64,000 nucleotides of DNA from positions 45,198,001-45,262,000 of the forward strand of contig OX597826.1 in NCBI GenBank assembly GCA_951406725.2, read 5' to 3'. Numbering within the stretch: the stretch's first letter is position 1; every line of letters starts with the position of its first letter. A model generated the notes under the pieces. The model saw only the letters and a program-made list of their open reading frames with translations, did not search any database and had not been told where the DNA came from. The position numbers were made by a program, and so were the translations under genes. Origin of the DNA: Octopus vulgaris (lineage: Eukaryota). This document shows positions 1-14,534 of the stretch, piece after piece.

Positions 1-1155
1 TATTCCGAATTCCTCAAGCTGTCACCAGTCAAATTTGTTAAACCGCGGTATGGTTGTCAAGGGAAGTTGTTATATAGGTACGAAATGATATAGAAAATAC
101 ACTTAGATAATGGATTTTAGACATTCCCTTTTATTAAAGCTTAAATATATTTCCGATATATCTTGGAGTGGTCTATTTCCATAATCGAGTGAAGTCCGAT
201 ACCGTCATCTTCCCCATAGCCACAACACACTGACTGCCAGAAGAAAAGAATTTGACCAAATTTGTACTGTCATCTATTTTAAGCAGCTATTTGACCAGTG
301 ATAGACAAGCTACAGGGAAGGGAAACAGCGATAGCAGTGCGTAGCAGAGAATTGTGAGGCCGACCATGAAAAGAATTGAAATCTAATACCTTCCTAAATT
401 GTTGAGGTTTGAAGCTGACAACAGGGAAAGTTTCATTGAGAATTACTACTAAGTTTCGAAACATCAGAAGTGGAGAAGTATCTATATGTTATAACGCAAA
501 AACATAGAATAGAAACTTGTTGAGTTATTTAAACCGGAAGAACAATTCACTATCCACTATATATGAAGATAATCGGCTTCCAATAAACAATACAGATATA
601 CAGAATTCATAGAGAAACCATAATATAATACAAGATAGTAACAGAAGGAAAACTGAAAATAGGGCGAGATTAATACATTAAGTAAAGAATAGTTTGAAAA
701 TTTAAAAGAATTTATAGTGATGAAATTGTAAGTATAATTAGAAATCAATATTCGAACTAATTAAATATGCTGTTAACACTAAAGTATTCTTTGATACCTG
801 CTGCAAATGCTGCTTCTATACCCAGTTGCTTGTATATTACTGGTTAGATACTTACTTAAAATAGAATACCTATCATTTTCAAATAATATTATTTTGGTAA
901 AATTTTAATTCTTTTTTGTCGCAGTCAATTTATTGTCGCTCAGTGTGAGACTGTTCAGTGTTTTTTTTCTGTCGATCGAACATGAATGAATTAATTAATC
1001 AATACGATTGAACTATCGAATCTGACTGTCTAACATGTATCAGAAATATATGTGAGCCTTAATGAAAATAAATATATAAAATCCATGGGTATATTTTACA
1101 TATACGTATGTGTTTATATCTATCTATCTATCTATCTATCTCTCCATATATACAC

Positions 1156-1227
<72 letters not shown>

Positions 1228-1325
1228 TATATTAATATATATATAATATTAATAGCGTTCAGTTAATCACTATACGAATCCATCATTTTTTGCTGAATTG
1301 TCTTATTGACCAGTTTCGTTTTTTC

Positions 1326-1409
1326 ACTTTCCTGAAGAGAAGATTGCGGTGTATACAATTTATTCTTCTGAATAGTATCAGTGGAATTTTCGAAACATGT
1401 GACGAAAGT
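1326..1409 (+). ncRNA. Degenerate minimal hammerhead ribozyme in a Penelope-type pLTR fragment (about 1245-1460) between TA tracts
   Basis: actttc-CTGAAGA-gaag...tttc-GAA-ACATGTGA-C-gaaagt. U16.1 is mutated. Downstream sequence resembles the 18901-19210 family. Confidence 0.6.
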
Positions 1410-1458
1410 AAAAATATTTGATTTATCCCTGCGTTAAACGCCATTTATTTATTCATGT

Positions 1459-1516
<58 letters not shown>

Positions 1517-2215
1517 TATGGATCTAGATTTTTCATTCGCAAAATATGCATTTTGGAAAAGACATTAAAAAATCAGAAAATCGGCTATAATAATAAAGTG
1601 CTCCAGTCTAATTGCTATTAAGATATGATGTTGTGGAGAAAAAAATTGGAGGAAAAAGTTACAGAGGTTTAAAAATCGAAAAATTGTGTATTTTTAGCCA
1701 ATAGCGGGACAGAAATTTTCTGCGTTGAACAGAGCGGATTCAACTTTCATGTTGTACCCTGTGAAATTTATAGTTTAGCGTCTGTGAAATGACCACTTTA
1801 TTGTAGGTTTCTAAATAAGCTGAAATACCTTATTTCATTTAGGTTTCTAAATAAACAGAAATAACTAATCACATCAGCATGTATCATCTTACTGTTTCTT
1901 TTGTCTCTTCATTGATTGTATGTTTTTATTATTTGTTTAAAATTTGTTATTATAATATATTTGTCTGCCTTCATGCGTTTCGGTTCAAGTACTTAAATCC
2001 TTATTTATGCAATTAAATTGCATTATGAATTTTAAAAAACGAAAAACTTCGTCGGGGCAAAAACTGATTGTTATCAAGGTAAAAAATTTTCACACATCCT
2101 AACGGGTGGAGAGTTCATTGCAATTGAACTGTAGCATATTTATCTTGGATTCTGTTCTAAAAATAGCTAGTGGCTGACGTTGACTTCACAATTGATATAG
2201 AGTTAAACCGGTGTA

Positions 2216-2457
2216 CATTTGTATAAATATCTCTAGCAAAGAACAACCTCTTTCACACAGGTCAGCTACAAGATGCAGGAGGAAAGAGTGAGATAAAGTT
2301 GTGGCGAAAGAGTCAGCAAAAGTTCGCCATTAACTTCTGCCGGAGCCGCGTTGAGCTTAGGTGTTTCGCTCATAAACACATACATCGCCCGGTCTGAGAT
2401 TCGAACTCGCAATCCTTCGACCGTAGTCCGCTGCTCTAACCACTAGGCCATGCGCCT

Positions 2458-2460
<3 letters not shown>
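2216..2460 (-). mobile_element. SINE family C (tRNA-derived head)
   Basis: Minus strand tggaggcgcatggcctagtggttagagcagcggact...gagttcgaatctcagaccggg (A and B boxes). Second copy at 14533-14668. Confidence 0.8.
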
Positions 2461-2514
<54 letters not shown>

Positions 2515-2540
2515 AATGTAACAGCCGTGAATATGAGGTA

Positions 2541-2677
2541 GGAAACTTGTTTCTCAACCGCATCATTGTGGGCTCAGTCCCACTGCGTGGAACCTTAAGC
2601 AAGTGTTTCTCTACTATAGCCACGTGCTGACCAAACGTTTGTGAGTGGATTTGGTTGACGGAAACTGAAAGAAGCCT

Positions 2678-2678
<1 letters not shown>
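2541..2678 (+). mobile_element. SINE family A, degenerate 5' half
   Basis: cagtcccactgcgtgg...gtgagtggatttggttgacggaaactgaaagaagcc. Confidence 0.75.
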
Positions 2679-2742
<64 letters not shown>

Positions 2743-3307
2743 GTATATGTGTGTGTGCAAGGGGCTTCCACGCTGTTTCGATCAACCAAATTCACTTACA
2801 AGGCAATGGTTGGCACACAGCTTTAGTTCAAAACACTTGCTCAATGTTCCACGCATAGATGTGAATTTGAAATCACACAGCCTAATGCTGTAGACAATCA
2901 ATAGCGAGCAATAGATGCAACTATTGCGTATATATTCGAATATTATACAAAAACAGTCACGTGTATATATACACACAATAGACGCATCATTCTTTAGTTG
3001 ATATTTCTACAGATCTCTTTCTCGATCACTAACGAAGCAACCAGAAAGAATTAGGTGTTATCTTAATGCCACATGCAGTAGGTTTAACGGATAACACTAT
3101 CATAAAGTTAGCGTAATTCAATTACAGCGGCAATAGATAATCTTTCCAATTTGATTCTATTAACACTTCTAAAATACAGAGATCTATTTGAGAGAAATTC
3201 TAATTTTATCATATGCATTAATATTGTCTACTGTGCGGTTGTTAACGTTTGAAAACTATACGGTATTACTATTCCATTCCGAAATTTGCAACTGTTATTT
3301 TCTTGTC

Positions 3308-3356
<49 letters not shown>
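3308..3356. repeat. (AAT)n microsatellite
   Basis: Directly visible. Confidence 0.95.
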
Positions 3357-4881
3357 GTAAATGAATAAATAAATAAAAAGTATAGAAATAGTAATCTTTA
3401 TATAAAATGTTTCAAAAGTGTGCCAGCAGGGTACCAATTTATATCTTGTGATTCGTAATTAGATTTTGAATCGAAGCCATTGAAATGCTAGGATGACTGA
3501 CTAGTCTTTGTAAGTAAGTGTGCAATGATACGAAAATATTGTTGTCAGTTCGACCTAATTACTCCGGACTTGCATCATTTCGCATCTAAACCGGTAGTGG
3601 AGCACTTAGAAGATTGCAAATCACTTCAAAGTTACCATTACATTTTCCTTCTTTAGCTTTCTTTTCTTATATTAAACATTATTTTCTTTCTTTATTTTTT
3701 ATTGTATTTATTATTTTTTTTTTTTTTTTTATTCTGCAAATAGATAGTATTTCATTTTAGGTTCTTGGCTGGAAGGTTCTCTAACAAAGAATAGATTGTT
3801 TCTAATACGCTGAGTTATCGATTTATTGTGCGTCGTTTAAGCTGAATTTATCCTCGGTGACTAAAAGGTTATTGAGAGAGCAGCACCTTCAATATATAAT
3901 CGGGCAGATATTGTTTAATCTTACAGTGATCTATCGCCCCATGACCTACTGCGCTCTTATTTCAATCAACTCTTAAACTTTACATTAACTATCCTTGATA
4001 ATACTGATATCGTATTGGCAACTTGCTTGATAGTGTTTAATTATTACTATTTTCTATTCAGCACAAATTCAATTGTAAATATATTTCTAAGAATGACTAA
4101 CGAGAGTTAAATCATTGACAAAACCCTTAGTCAGCAACTTGGTGATAAGTGTTTTCAGTTCCATTGTTGCGAGTCCTGCAGGTCATTACTGGCGCATATG
4201 AGCAAAGAAAGCAACGGAACCTGCTCAAACGAAACGTTTAGCCGATGAGTTATGCGTTCCTATGCTTTCGAATATCAGTGTAAACGCTTTCAAAAGTATA
4301 CATTAATATGACTGCTTAAATTTAAACTTATTACTTAATGCTTACTTTAGCATTAACAACAACAATAACTACAACAACACCTTCTACTACTGTATTATTA
4401 TATAGAATATTTCTTTTATTCATAGTAGCAATGGCGGTTATCTTCCTCATAAAATAACCACCATAGGGAAGAAATACCTGAGTCTCAATTAAGAAAGTTA
4501 ATTGGCTACAGTAAATTGATAATCACAGGTTCATCCAAATTTGTTCATTTTATTTATTCTTAATGTCTAATTGGCAATTTATATTGAATAGTTTCTACTT
4601 ATTTGAACAAATTTAAACTAATCATTGAATAGTTTGTCTTCTTGTTCAACATATCTTCTTCATAGCTACACTTATTTTCTTTTTCTTTCTTGTTCCATTC
4701 TATCTTCATTCATTCATTCACTCATACATTCACTCCATCATTCATTCAGCCATTTATTTATATATTTATTCATCTAATGCTTCGAATTCCAAAACCCAAT
4801 ACCTTATTGTTTTAGCAACATTGTAAACGAAATTCTTAAAAATGAAGCAAAAAAGATATATATATATATATATATATCTAA

Positions 4882-5247
4882 GGCGCAGGAGTGGCTGTGT
4901 GGTAAGTAGCTTGCTTCCCAACCACATGGTTCCGGGTTGATTCCCACTGCGTGACACCTTGGGCAAGTGTCTTCTACCATTGCCTCGAGCCGACCAAAGC
5001 CTTGTGAGTGGATTTGGTAGACGGAAACTGAAAGAAGCCCGTCGTATATATGTAAATATATGTATGTGTGTACATATGTTTGTGTGTCTTTGTCCCCCCC
5101 AACATCGCTTGGCAACCGATGCTGGTGTGTTTGCGTCCCCGTAACTTAGCAGTTCGGCAAAAGACACCGATAGAATAAGTACTAGGCTTACAAAGAATAA
5201 GTCCTGGGGTCGATTTGCTCGACTGAAACAAGTAAAAGAGTAAAAAG
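4882..5247 (+). mobile_element. SINE family A (tRNA-like head, internal TA/TG microsatellite, gtaaaaga tail), full length
   Basis: Head ggcgcaggagtggctgtgtggtaag...ggttccgggtt (A/B-box-like). More than 12 similar copies in the window. Confidence 0.9.
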
Positions 5248-5948
5248 TATATTTGCATATATGCATACGTACCTTAAATATCAGCCTGTCTGTCTTCCTC
5301 TGTGTGTGTGTGTGTGTTTGTGTGCGTGTGCATGTGTGCAGAATGTGTGTGTGAACGGTGTATGGCTCGTAGCAATCAATAGTATCAAGTCTACACTTCT
5401 CTCCCTCTTCTCTCTCTCTCTCTTTTCTTTCTCTCCCCTCTTTTTCCCTTCTCTCTCTCTCTCTCTCTCCTGTACAGGGCATTTCACTTCAAATTTAAGC
5501 AAATATGGCTAGGCTATGAGGACAGCAGTTAAAAAAGTGATAATATATGAAATACGAAGGGGAAGAAAGAAATATTTGTCCTTGACTCTATCGGCAAGTA
5601 CAGGACACAATTTTGAACATATTTAGATCTTATTGACTCTTCTCAGTAATGCATACGTTTTATCGTACTTGTTGATGTAGGAAGGAGAGAACCACTAAAT
5701 GAATATATAGGAGTGTACGTATATTAGCGTAGAGGACTAGAAACCACCAGAAAATAAATTACTCTACTCACATAAAAAAAAAACAACTTAATTTGGCATT
5801 AATAAATTTTATTATTTATTTAGTCTTTTCATTTGTTGTCCAAGAGTTTCTATCTGAAATCATGTAGAAAGGACCGAAATATTATATTTTAGGAGAATTA
5901 CCGGTTGTAGTTCTCCTCGTTCTTTTGCTTATATTAATTTCTTGCTTA

Positions 5949-6152
5949 AGGCGGCAAGCAGGCAGAATCATTAGCACGCCGGGCGTAATTCTTAGTGGCG
6001 TTTTGTCCGCCTTTACATTCTGAGTTCAAATTCCGCTGTGGTCGTCTTTGCCTTTCTTCATTTCGCAGTCGACACAATGAATAACAGTTGAGTACTAGGG
6101 TCGATATAATGACTTAGCTGCTCCCCTGAAATTGCTGGCCTTGTGCCAAAAA
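5949..6152 (+). mobile_element. SINE family B (ggcggcgagctggcagaa head)
   Basis: Head plus ctgagttcaaattcc B-box-like motif and the conserved block gcctttcatcctttcggggtcgat. Confidence 0.8.
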
Positions 6153-6769
6153 TTGCGTTATCGTCACATGAGAGATTTGTTCCATCATGAAGAACTTCAT
6201 AGCCACATAAGAAGATCTTGAGGCTTTGCAAAGACTATTTGTTCGTTAAAATGAGTTGAGGAAAATAAGGAGAAGTGAACAGAGTTAGGTAGCGAAAAAA
6301 CGACATTAAGCTTTTGCGGAATCATCAACGAAGACCTGAGCTCTAATTCACGGAACTGGGAAGTAGGCTGTGTTGGAGACGCTGGTGATGAGAATGAGAA
6401 CTGATGGTGTGTCTGGCGGTAATAACGTTTGTTGTTTGCTGCAGGTTGTCATTGTAGCGGTGGTAGCACTTATGATAATGGCATTGACGTTTGTTTGTTG
6501 ATTTGTGGCATAGTTATGTGATTACTTACTGAGTTATATAAGTTACAGCGATCGTCAGGCTAGATCTAACGATCGCGCAGACGTAAAATTTCAGAGAAAA
6601 ACACAAGTTCAGTAAACGATATATATATAGAGCTATGTGTATAGCTCATTTTTGTTTAAGTCATGCAAATTACTCGGGCCACAAATGTGTTCTACTCACC
6701 TTTTTTTTTTTTTTGTATAAGTCTAAATCCCTTTCATACCGGATACATGCTGGACAATTATTGTACTGA

Positions 6770-6803
6770 CGAAAGCTATTGGATCAGAAACACGTGTCCA
6801 TGA
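6770..6803 (+). ncRNA. Decayed hammerhead-like motif
   Basis: CTGACGA ... GAA-ACACGTGT-C with palindromic stem III, but stems I and II pair poorly. Confidence 0.3.
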
Positions 6804-7868
6804 CTGTTTGCTTTTTTCCTGACATTAAGCGAATCTTTTTACTTAGTTTTATGTCAACCTTAGTGAATTCTTGTTTCTAGAGATAATCTCCCTTCCTTAA
6901 GCGGAGCTGGACTTAATTATCATTTGGTAATTATGAACCATCCTCCGGAGGCAGGGTTAATTATATAATAAATCATGAGTATACGTTCTTTGGCATTCTT
7001 TATCCCTGTATTTGTCTGTATTCTTCAAATACATGGCACTAGCTATTGCGAGTTATTACTCTCGGCTCATTTTCCTTTATGTACAAACATAGTCAAATAT
7101 ATTCTAGAAATTGTGCTCCAGCCTGGCCACAATCAAGTGATTGGAAACCAGAGGAGAAGAATAAAATGATGCAGATGACTAACCTGAGAATATGATGCAG
7201 TGAGGAAAAAATACTGTAGACATTGACTGATAATATTTTGATTCTACCGAGAAGTACTGAAGAGCCAGCTTATGCACTGGTTTATTCGGTTATGCCACAA
7301 AATATTTAAATATTAATCTTGAAAGGATGGAATTATCAATACGCAAGCAGGAGAAATGCTGTGAGTTGTTTGTGTGTATGTGTGTGTGAGTGAGGATACG
7401 TGTTTTTGATTTCTTTATTAAAAGTTGTGTTTGTGAGGGTGGTGGTGGTGGTGGTGGTGGAATCGATGGTTTTTGAAGCAAAGGACATAGATTATTTGCA
7501 TAAACATCTTTTTTTTTTTTCAAAAATAATTTTCTAAAATAGCTGAAAGAGAAATCTGAATAAACTAAATTTTATAAAGGACATATTTAATATTTAAATA
7601 CACTAGACTACTTTCATGATGTGAGGATCTATATCAAGTTAAAGAAACAACAACAGCTGCAGCAACAACAACAACAACAACACCGATAGTAATAATAATA
7701 TTGTCGAAGTAAGTTCATTGAGTATAATGTGTCTTAATACCAACTTTTTTCTAATTTGCTAATACATACGCCATTATAGACAGCAACACTTACATTCCTA
7801 GTGTTCTTCTGATCAATAACTGACTACAACAATAAATGTCTGACCATTACTTTTATGTCGCTTTCCTT

Positions 7869-7870
<2 letters not shown>

Positions 7871-7959
<89 letters not shown>

Positions 7960-7962
7960 TAT
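7871..7962. repeat. (ATT)n/(ATC) microsatellite
   Basis: Directly visible. Confidence 0.95.
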
Positions 7963-8827
7963 CTTAGTTTATTTATTTATTCATTTATTTTGGTTTCTAT
8001 GTATCCTATTTTTGTCCTGACTTTGAAATAATTCATTCCATTTCGGAAGCAAAACTTGAAGTTCTAGGCAAGCAAATACTATCTAAGAGGAGTGGCATTA
8101 ATTTACTAACAATTCTTTCTGAAATGAAACTAGAAAGCTTACATTTCATACACCTGTCAGTAATCATGAATTGTAACATTTCAAGTGAATTGGAAAATCA
8201 TTGATCACTGCCATGCCAAGCTTACAATCGCTGAAATCCACTAGTCTGTGGAATAACTAGATTGTTTACAAGGACTGTCGCTTGTATACCTTTTGTGTTG
8301 CCTGCTTTCTACTTTTGTCATTTCAGTTCTATCTTCTGCGAACACAATGTATTTTCAGAATATGTTTTTGTTTGTCGTGTTTCGAAAATGCCTCAACACA
8401 GTTGTTTTATGTCTAGAAATGATGAATGTGTGGAATAATCAAACGTAAATCGCCCCAAAACATAGGAGAATATTCAGAACAAATTCATAAGCGAAAGAAT
8501 TCTTGGACAAATAAGTCATACTTAAATCATTGTATTCTAGGTTTTCTGAATGCGCACTACCTATTAATTAGTGGTTTTCTACTCACCATCATAAAGCCAT
8601 TGGTTCGATTGCTCGATTAGGTGGAGAATTGTGTTTTTCATCAAGGTATTTCATTTATAGTCTCCTTCAATCTACTCAGCTAAAAAATGAGTAGCAGCCA
8701 AGCACTGATGTGCCGCTGTGTCAAAGTGTAAGAGAGTCGAGACGTGCTTGTATCTGATTGTGACTCCGCAGACAACTAAAACTGTTGGCTTTTTATCCTC
8801 AAATATATAATGAAGCAAATTACATCA

Positions 8828-8930
8828 GAGGCAAAAAGAAAATGACTATCCCCAGACACAACAGAATATGCTTCAACAAACGAACTTATATAAAGAATCT
8901 TGCAAACCAAATCCAAAAATGAAATAATTT
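8828..8930 (+). repeat. Fragment of the same family as the 32715-33148 element
   Basis: caaaaagaaaatgactatccccagacacaacagaatatgcttcaac...ccaaatccaaaa matches 33120-33150 and the reverse complement of about 32810-32905. Confidence 0.7.
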
Positions 8931-8967
8931 TTGTAATAATCGTTATCATTATTATCCCCTTAAGACA

Positions 8968-9185
8968 AGGCAGCGAGCTAGCAGAATCGTTTGTACGTCT
9001 GGCAAAAATGCTTAGCAGTATTTCGTCTGTTTTTATGCTCCGAGTTCAAAGTCCGCCGACATCAGCTTTGCCTTTCATTCTTTCGGGATCGATACGATAT
9101 ATATAACATATGATCTCTAGGGTCGGTGTAATTGACTTAACTCTTCCCCCAAAATTTTTCCTCATTGTGACTATTGTAGAAAAGG
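8968..9185 (+). mobile_element. SINE family B, diverged
   Basis: ggcagcgagctagcagaatcgtt...gagttcaaa...ctttgcctttcattctttcgggatcgat. Confidence 0.75.
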
Positions 9186-10265
9186 ATTATCATCACTTTT
9201 CCTCTTTTTGCTTGTTTCAGTCATTGGACTGCGACCGTACCTGGATATCCTCTCAAAAAGTCTAACCAATTGAATCGATTCCAGTACTTGATTTTGTTCG
9301 ATACTTAACCGTCGGGCTTCTTTTGCCGACTGAAATTACAGACATAAAAGAAAAAGACAAAAAAAAAGAACAAAAACGACGATGATTGTCAAGTAGTGAC
9401 ATCCGCAAGAAAACGCGCGTGCAAACACATATAAACATGTATGTTTTGTATGTATGTATGTATGTATGTATGTGTGTGTGTGTGTATGTATGTATGTGTG
9501 ATCATGTGTATGTGTGTATGAGAGAGAGAAAGAAAGAGAGAAAGAGAGAGAGAGGGAGTAGAGAGAGGTTACATTCGCACAATTTCCGCCCATGAAATTT
9601 CATCATAATAAATCAGTCGGCTTCACAGTGGAATTGAAACCGAAAGTACATGGTTGCGTGTTTGTATATGTCTGTGTTTAATCGTGTATAAGCGGGTTGA
9701 TTTAGAAAAGGTACGACTGGAAGCATACATTTTACAGTTTTATATTATCAATATAGTGCTATGTTCATTATTGTGCTGGATATTAGCATAAATTAATATC
9801 AATAGTCGTAAAAACGGTTTACTAGTACAATTCAATCCAGTCCACAATTTGGTCTTAATTCTCCATTCTCTTACCATATAGATGTGCATCCATGTAAATG
9901 TAATAGAAAATATTCAAGTTTAAGCTATTTCAAGATGAATCACCGTTGAGAGAGAAGTTAGACTACCAGCCAAGGATCTAGCGGTTTGTATCATACCATC
10001 GGTTGTCATGTCATATTCAAATCTAAAGTATGAGTCTCTCAGCAGCCAAATAAATATTGAGTATTTTGCTACGTTGCTTTATTGAGATGAAAGCATCCTG
10101 TGTGTATGGCTCCGAAATACACGTGTGTTTACTGTATAATTTTCTTTTGATACACTTCAAGAAAAGAAAGTGTGGTGTCAAAGACTCGGTGGCTTTTTTT
10201 TTTTAAGTGACTAAAACCAGCTACATTCTCTAATCTACATTTCAGATTCTTAATATTTTGTTTAC

Positions 10266-10486
10266 CTTTCACTTGTTTCTGTCATCTGACTGCAGTCATG
10301 CTAAGACACTGCCTAAAGAATTTTAGTCGAACAAATCAGCCACAGGACTTGTTTTCTTTTTAAAGCCTAGTAATTCTTCCATAGGTCACTTTTACCAAAC
10401 CGCTAGTTACGAGGACGTAAACACACCAACGGCAGTTGTCAAGCGGTGATGGGAGGGGGACAAACACAAATAAGGACACATACACA

Positions 10487-10529
<43 letters not shown>

Positions 10530-10690
10530 GACGGGTTTCTTTCAGTTTCCGTCTACCAAATCCACTCACAAAGCTTTACTCGTCTTGAAGCTATAGTAAA
10601 AGACACTTGCCAAGATGCCACGCTGTAAGACTGAAATGGGAATCATGTGGTTGGGAAGCAAGCTTCTTACCACACAGCCACGCCTGTACC
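10266..10690 (-). mobile_element. SINE family A, full length
   Basis: Reverse complement of the family A head and tail with internal microsatellite. Confidence 0.88.
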
Positions 10691-11399
10691 TTGTAAGCCA
10701 GAATTTCCACAAATTTTTCGTTTCTGAAAAAACAAAGTAGTCATCGTGAAATTAATGGAACTGTTCGATCCCGAATCGAAACTAGAATACAGATACATGC
10801 ATAAACTCACTTATTTACCGAGGAACGAACATTTCCGACACTACTTAAACCTTGACGGTTATTATAGTATCATTATAAGTGATGCGCAATAGATAAATTA
10901 ATGTTTTGTTGGAGTTTTTTTTTTACTGAGAACACCGTCAATAAATGTTAAGGTATAATGGATTGTGTCAACACAGTATATAGCTAGTGCTTGTTTAGTG
11001 ATATTTAATGTGATGAAATGGGAATTGCACTCAGAATGAACAGGTATGCAATTAAAGCAATTAAATAATGTATTGCATTTAATTTACCCGTTTTCTTGCC
11101 TCTATTCTTGACGTCTAATTAATGACATAATGATGATTTCTAACTTCTGTACACTGGCATAAAACTGCGAGGAAGTCGTTTAGACATTTGGGTCCATCAT
11201 GTTACATTACTAGTAATTTGTCGACCCTGCGCGAAAAGCGAGCTTGATCTTCAGCATATGTTGAAATGTGAACGCAGAGTGACGAAAATATATTCCGCAA
11301 TGGTTGTTTCGCCTCTTTGCATCCTTCATCCAACACGCCACAACTTTACAATATTAGTTAATGATTTAGAAGCTTCAGAGGAGTTTCGTTGATTATATT

Positions 11400-12450
11400 A
11401 CGAACCCTGGAGGGACAAAATCTAAGGTTGATCTAGGCGGGACTTGAACCCAGAACATGAAGAGTCGGAAGAAATACCGCAAGGCATTTTGTGAGGCGCC
11501 CTAACGATTCAGCAAGCTCGCCATCTACCGCATTATCAATATTGAAAATAAAAGTTTCAAAATTTGGCACAGATCCAGCAAGTATGGGGAAGGGGTTTAG
11601 TCCATTACATTGACCCCAGTATTTCCCAGGTACTTAATTTATCGACACCGAAAGAACGAAAGGCAAAGCCGACCTCGGCTGAATTTGAACTCAGAGCGAG
11701 AATACGGGCGAAAAACCGCTAAACATTTTCCTCGGCGTACCAACAACACTAATAATCGTTTTTACTAAAGGAACAAGGCCTGAAATTTTGTGGGGAAGAG
11801 ACTAGTCGATAACATCGACCCCATCGACTGGTCTTTAATTTATTGACCCCGATAGGAGGAAACACAAAGTCGACCTCTGCTGAATTTGAACTCTGAATGT
11901 GAATACGGGCGAAATACCGCTAAGCATTTTTGCCCAGCGCCGTAACAATGATAAAATAATGCTTTCTACGAAAGGCACAAGGCCTGCAATTTTGGGGAAA
12001 GGAACCAGTCGATTATACCGACCTCGGTGTTTCACTGGTACTTAATTTATCGACCCGGAACAGATGAAATGCAAAGTTGACCTCGTCTGTATTTGAACTC
12101 TGAACGTGAATACGGGCGAAATCCCTGCTAGGCAATTTTCCTGGCGCGACAACAACAACCAATAATGATATTAATAATCATAATAGTTTACTTGTTAAAC
12201 AGACCCCAAGAGGTACTTTATGGAACCCCAATGAACGAGAAGCAATGTTGACCTCGACGTTTTTGGACTCAGAACGTGAATACGGGCGAAATTCCTGATA
12301 GGCAATTTTCCTGGCGCGACAACAAAAACCAATAATGATATTAATAATCATAATAGTTTACTTGTTAAACAGACCCCACAAGGTACTTTATGGAACCCCA
12401 ATGAACGAGAAGCAATGTTGACCTCGACGTTTTTGGACTCAGAATGTGAA
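11400..12450 (-). repeat. Tandem array of SINE family B-derived units, including a recent 170-bp duplication
   Basis: About 6 head-to-tail units. 12101-12270 and 12271-12440 are almost identical. Confidence 0.85.
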
Positions 12451-13201
12451 AAGAAACAACAACAAAAAAATCATGAAGCTGTTTGTCTGACACTAACAAT
12501 TCTACCAATCCAACGTTCTTGATTACCAATATTGATAATAAAATCAATATATGAAATCTGAACAAAGTTGAATTTTATATTCATCGCCACGCCGCTTATT
12601 ATTAAGCACGATGCTCATATGTGTATTTAAAACATATTTCTTTCTCTTTCGCCGCATTGATTTGTCCTGATATGGGCGTTGTTTTCTTACCAGCCAGGAT
12701 ATCCGTTTTAGATCATGAGACATGATAGAATGTCTGCTAATTATCATTTGTTCAGTTAACATTATCGAAAATCATTACTTAATCATTATTTATTGTGAAT
12801 ATCATTTTGTCATGTGTCGGGGCGCATTCGGCTATCATCCGATTGCATCGTAGAATTTGAGCCACCGCCATCACCACCACCACCACCACTTGCCTTTCAC
12901 CAGGAAGGGAGGGCGGGCCGTTTCCCTCTGTCACGGGGGTTGGGCGGTAAACGGCGAAAAGAAGATTGAAGGGAAGACAAGATTGAAAGACTAAATGCAT
13001 AGCATTTTATTTCTTACGGGTCCTTTATGTTCGCGTCCGACCGATGTCAACTTCGAATTTTATCTTTCCGAAGTTGATAATTTATAGCACCAGTCAAGTA
13101 CAGAAATCGAACGCACAGCTTTATGATCGTGAGCTCAAACCATAAAAACTTGGCCATGTGCCTTTAATGTCTGTCACACGCACACACACGCGTAAGCACA
13201 C

Positions 13202-13260
<59 letters not shown>

Positions 13261-13473
13261 TGTATGTATGTATGCATGTGCTTGTGCGTGCGTGAGTGTG
13301 TATTTGAGCGTGTACGAAAGTGGGTTGCGTTTGTAGGAGGGCGAGTGCTTTGTGACTTTAGTTTGTGTACTTTGTATCTCGTCTTTTGCAATTTGATAAT
13401 CTGTATACATATTCTAAAATGTCTCGTCTCCTCTGTTTGTATTTCTAAGTACCGCACAGCAGAGATGAAAACG

Positions 13474-13595
<122 letters not shown>

Positions 13596-14311
13596 AAGGA
13601 GTTGTAAGTGGAGAAGTGGCAGGGGGTTGTAGAATTGTAAGCTAGATGGCTTGGAGCGTTTAGTTTATTCCCTCTACATTCCAAGTGCAAATCCTTCTGG
13701 GACAGACATTGCCATCTTGTCTTCGATAAATTGAATTCCATTAATATACTCAGACAGAAACAATGGACTTTACCTGTCCCCTGGAAATTGCTGCTCTTTC
13801 GCCATCGATATCATGTGATGTTTCAAATTCATGCAAGAAACAAATGCTGATTTCTTGTTTTCTCTCAACTACAGTATTTCATTACGGTAGGGAAATAAAA
13901 CTTTGAACAATCGTAATTTTCTCACGGCCATTGGTTGAATAAGATTCTACAGAGAATACGAACCGATTGGTGTACCTAGCTAGACACAAGCTTATCTCTC
14001 TCCAATAATAAAATTATTTTGGACAAGTTACAATACAACATAGTTTTTGGGTAGAGGTGATACAATGTTGTAACAAATATACTGTGCTGAACAGCATTTG
14101 CATAGCATAGGAAATGAAATGATTGTCAACAATGAATGTAGTGGTCACACCACTACACTTTAGGAATTTATCTGCCGTTAACAGGATTTTCGATATTGCT
14201 TTAATGTGTAAATATAGTCAGTCTCTTTAAGACGAGAAGAGCATTAGAGGAGAGTTGGTGAAGTGAAATTAGTTTACTTTGTAGCTTTATAGTACTTACT
14301 GTTATTTTCTA

Positions 14312-14499
14312 GTTTCTACGTGTTTCAGTCGTTTGACAACGGGTATGCTGCAGCGCCTGCTTGAAGGGGTTTTAGTCGAACAAATCGACTCCAGGAATTT
14401 TTTTAAGCCTAACACTTACGCTATCGGTCGCTTTTACTGAACCACTAAGTCACAGGCACGTAAACACACCAACACCGGTTGTCAAGCGGTGATAAAGAA

Positions 14500-14505
<6 letters not shown>
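14312..14505 (-). mobile_element. SINE family A, 3' half
   Basis: gtttcagtc...ttagtcgaacaaatcgac...acaccggttgtcaagcggtg. Confidence 0.8.

Positions 14506-14532
<27 letters not shown>

Positions 14533-14534
<2 letters not shown>

Noticed and set aside
4766-5482. 238-aa ORF and similar ones (26839-27342, 57032-57562) sharing RASFSFRLPNPLTR
   Set aside because: Antisense read-through of SINE A plus microsatellites, not a protein family.
6170-6400. Possible LINE RT remnant on the minus strand (VFVDDS)
   Set aside because: Single short motif with many stops; cannot be supported without a search.
11400-12450. Regularly spaced repeats resembling a CRISPR array
   Set aside because: Eukaryotic SINE-derived tandem units with non-unique spacers and no cas genes.
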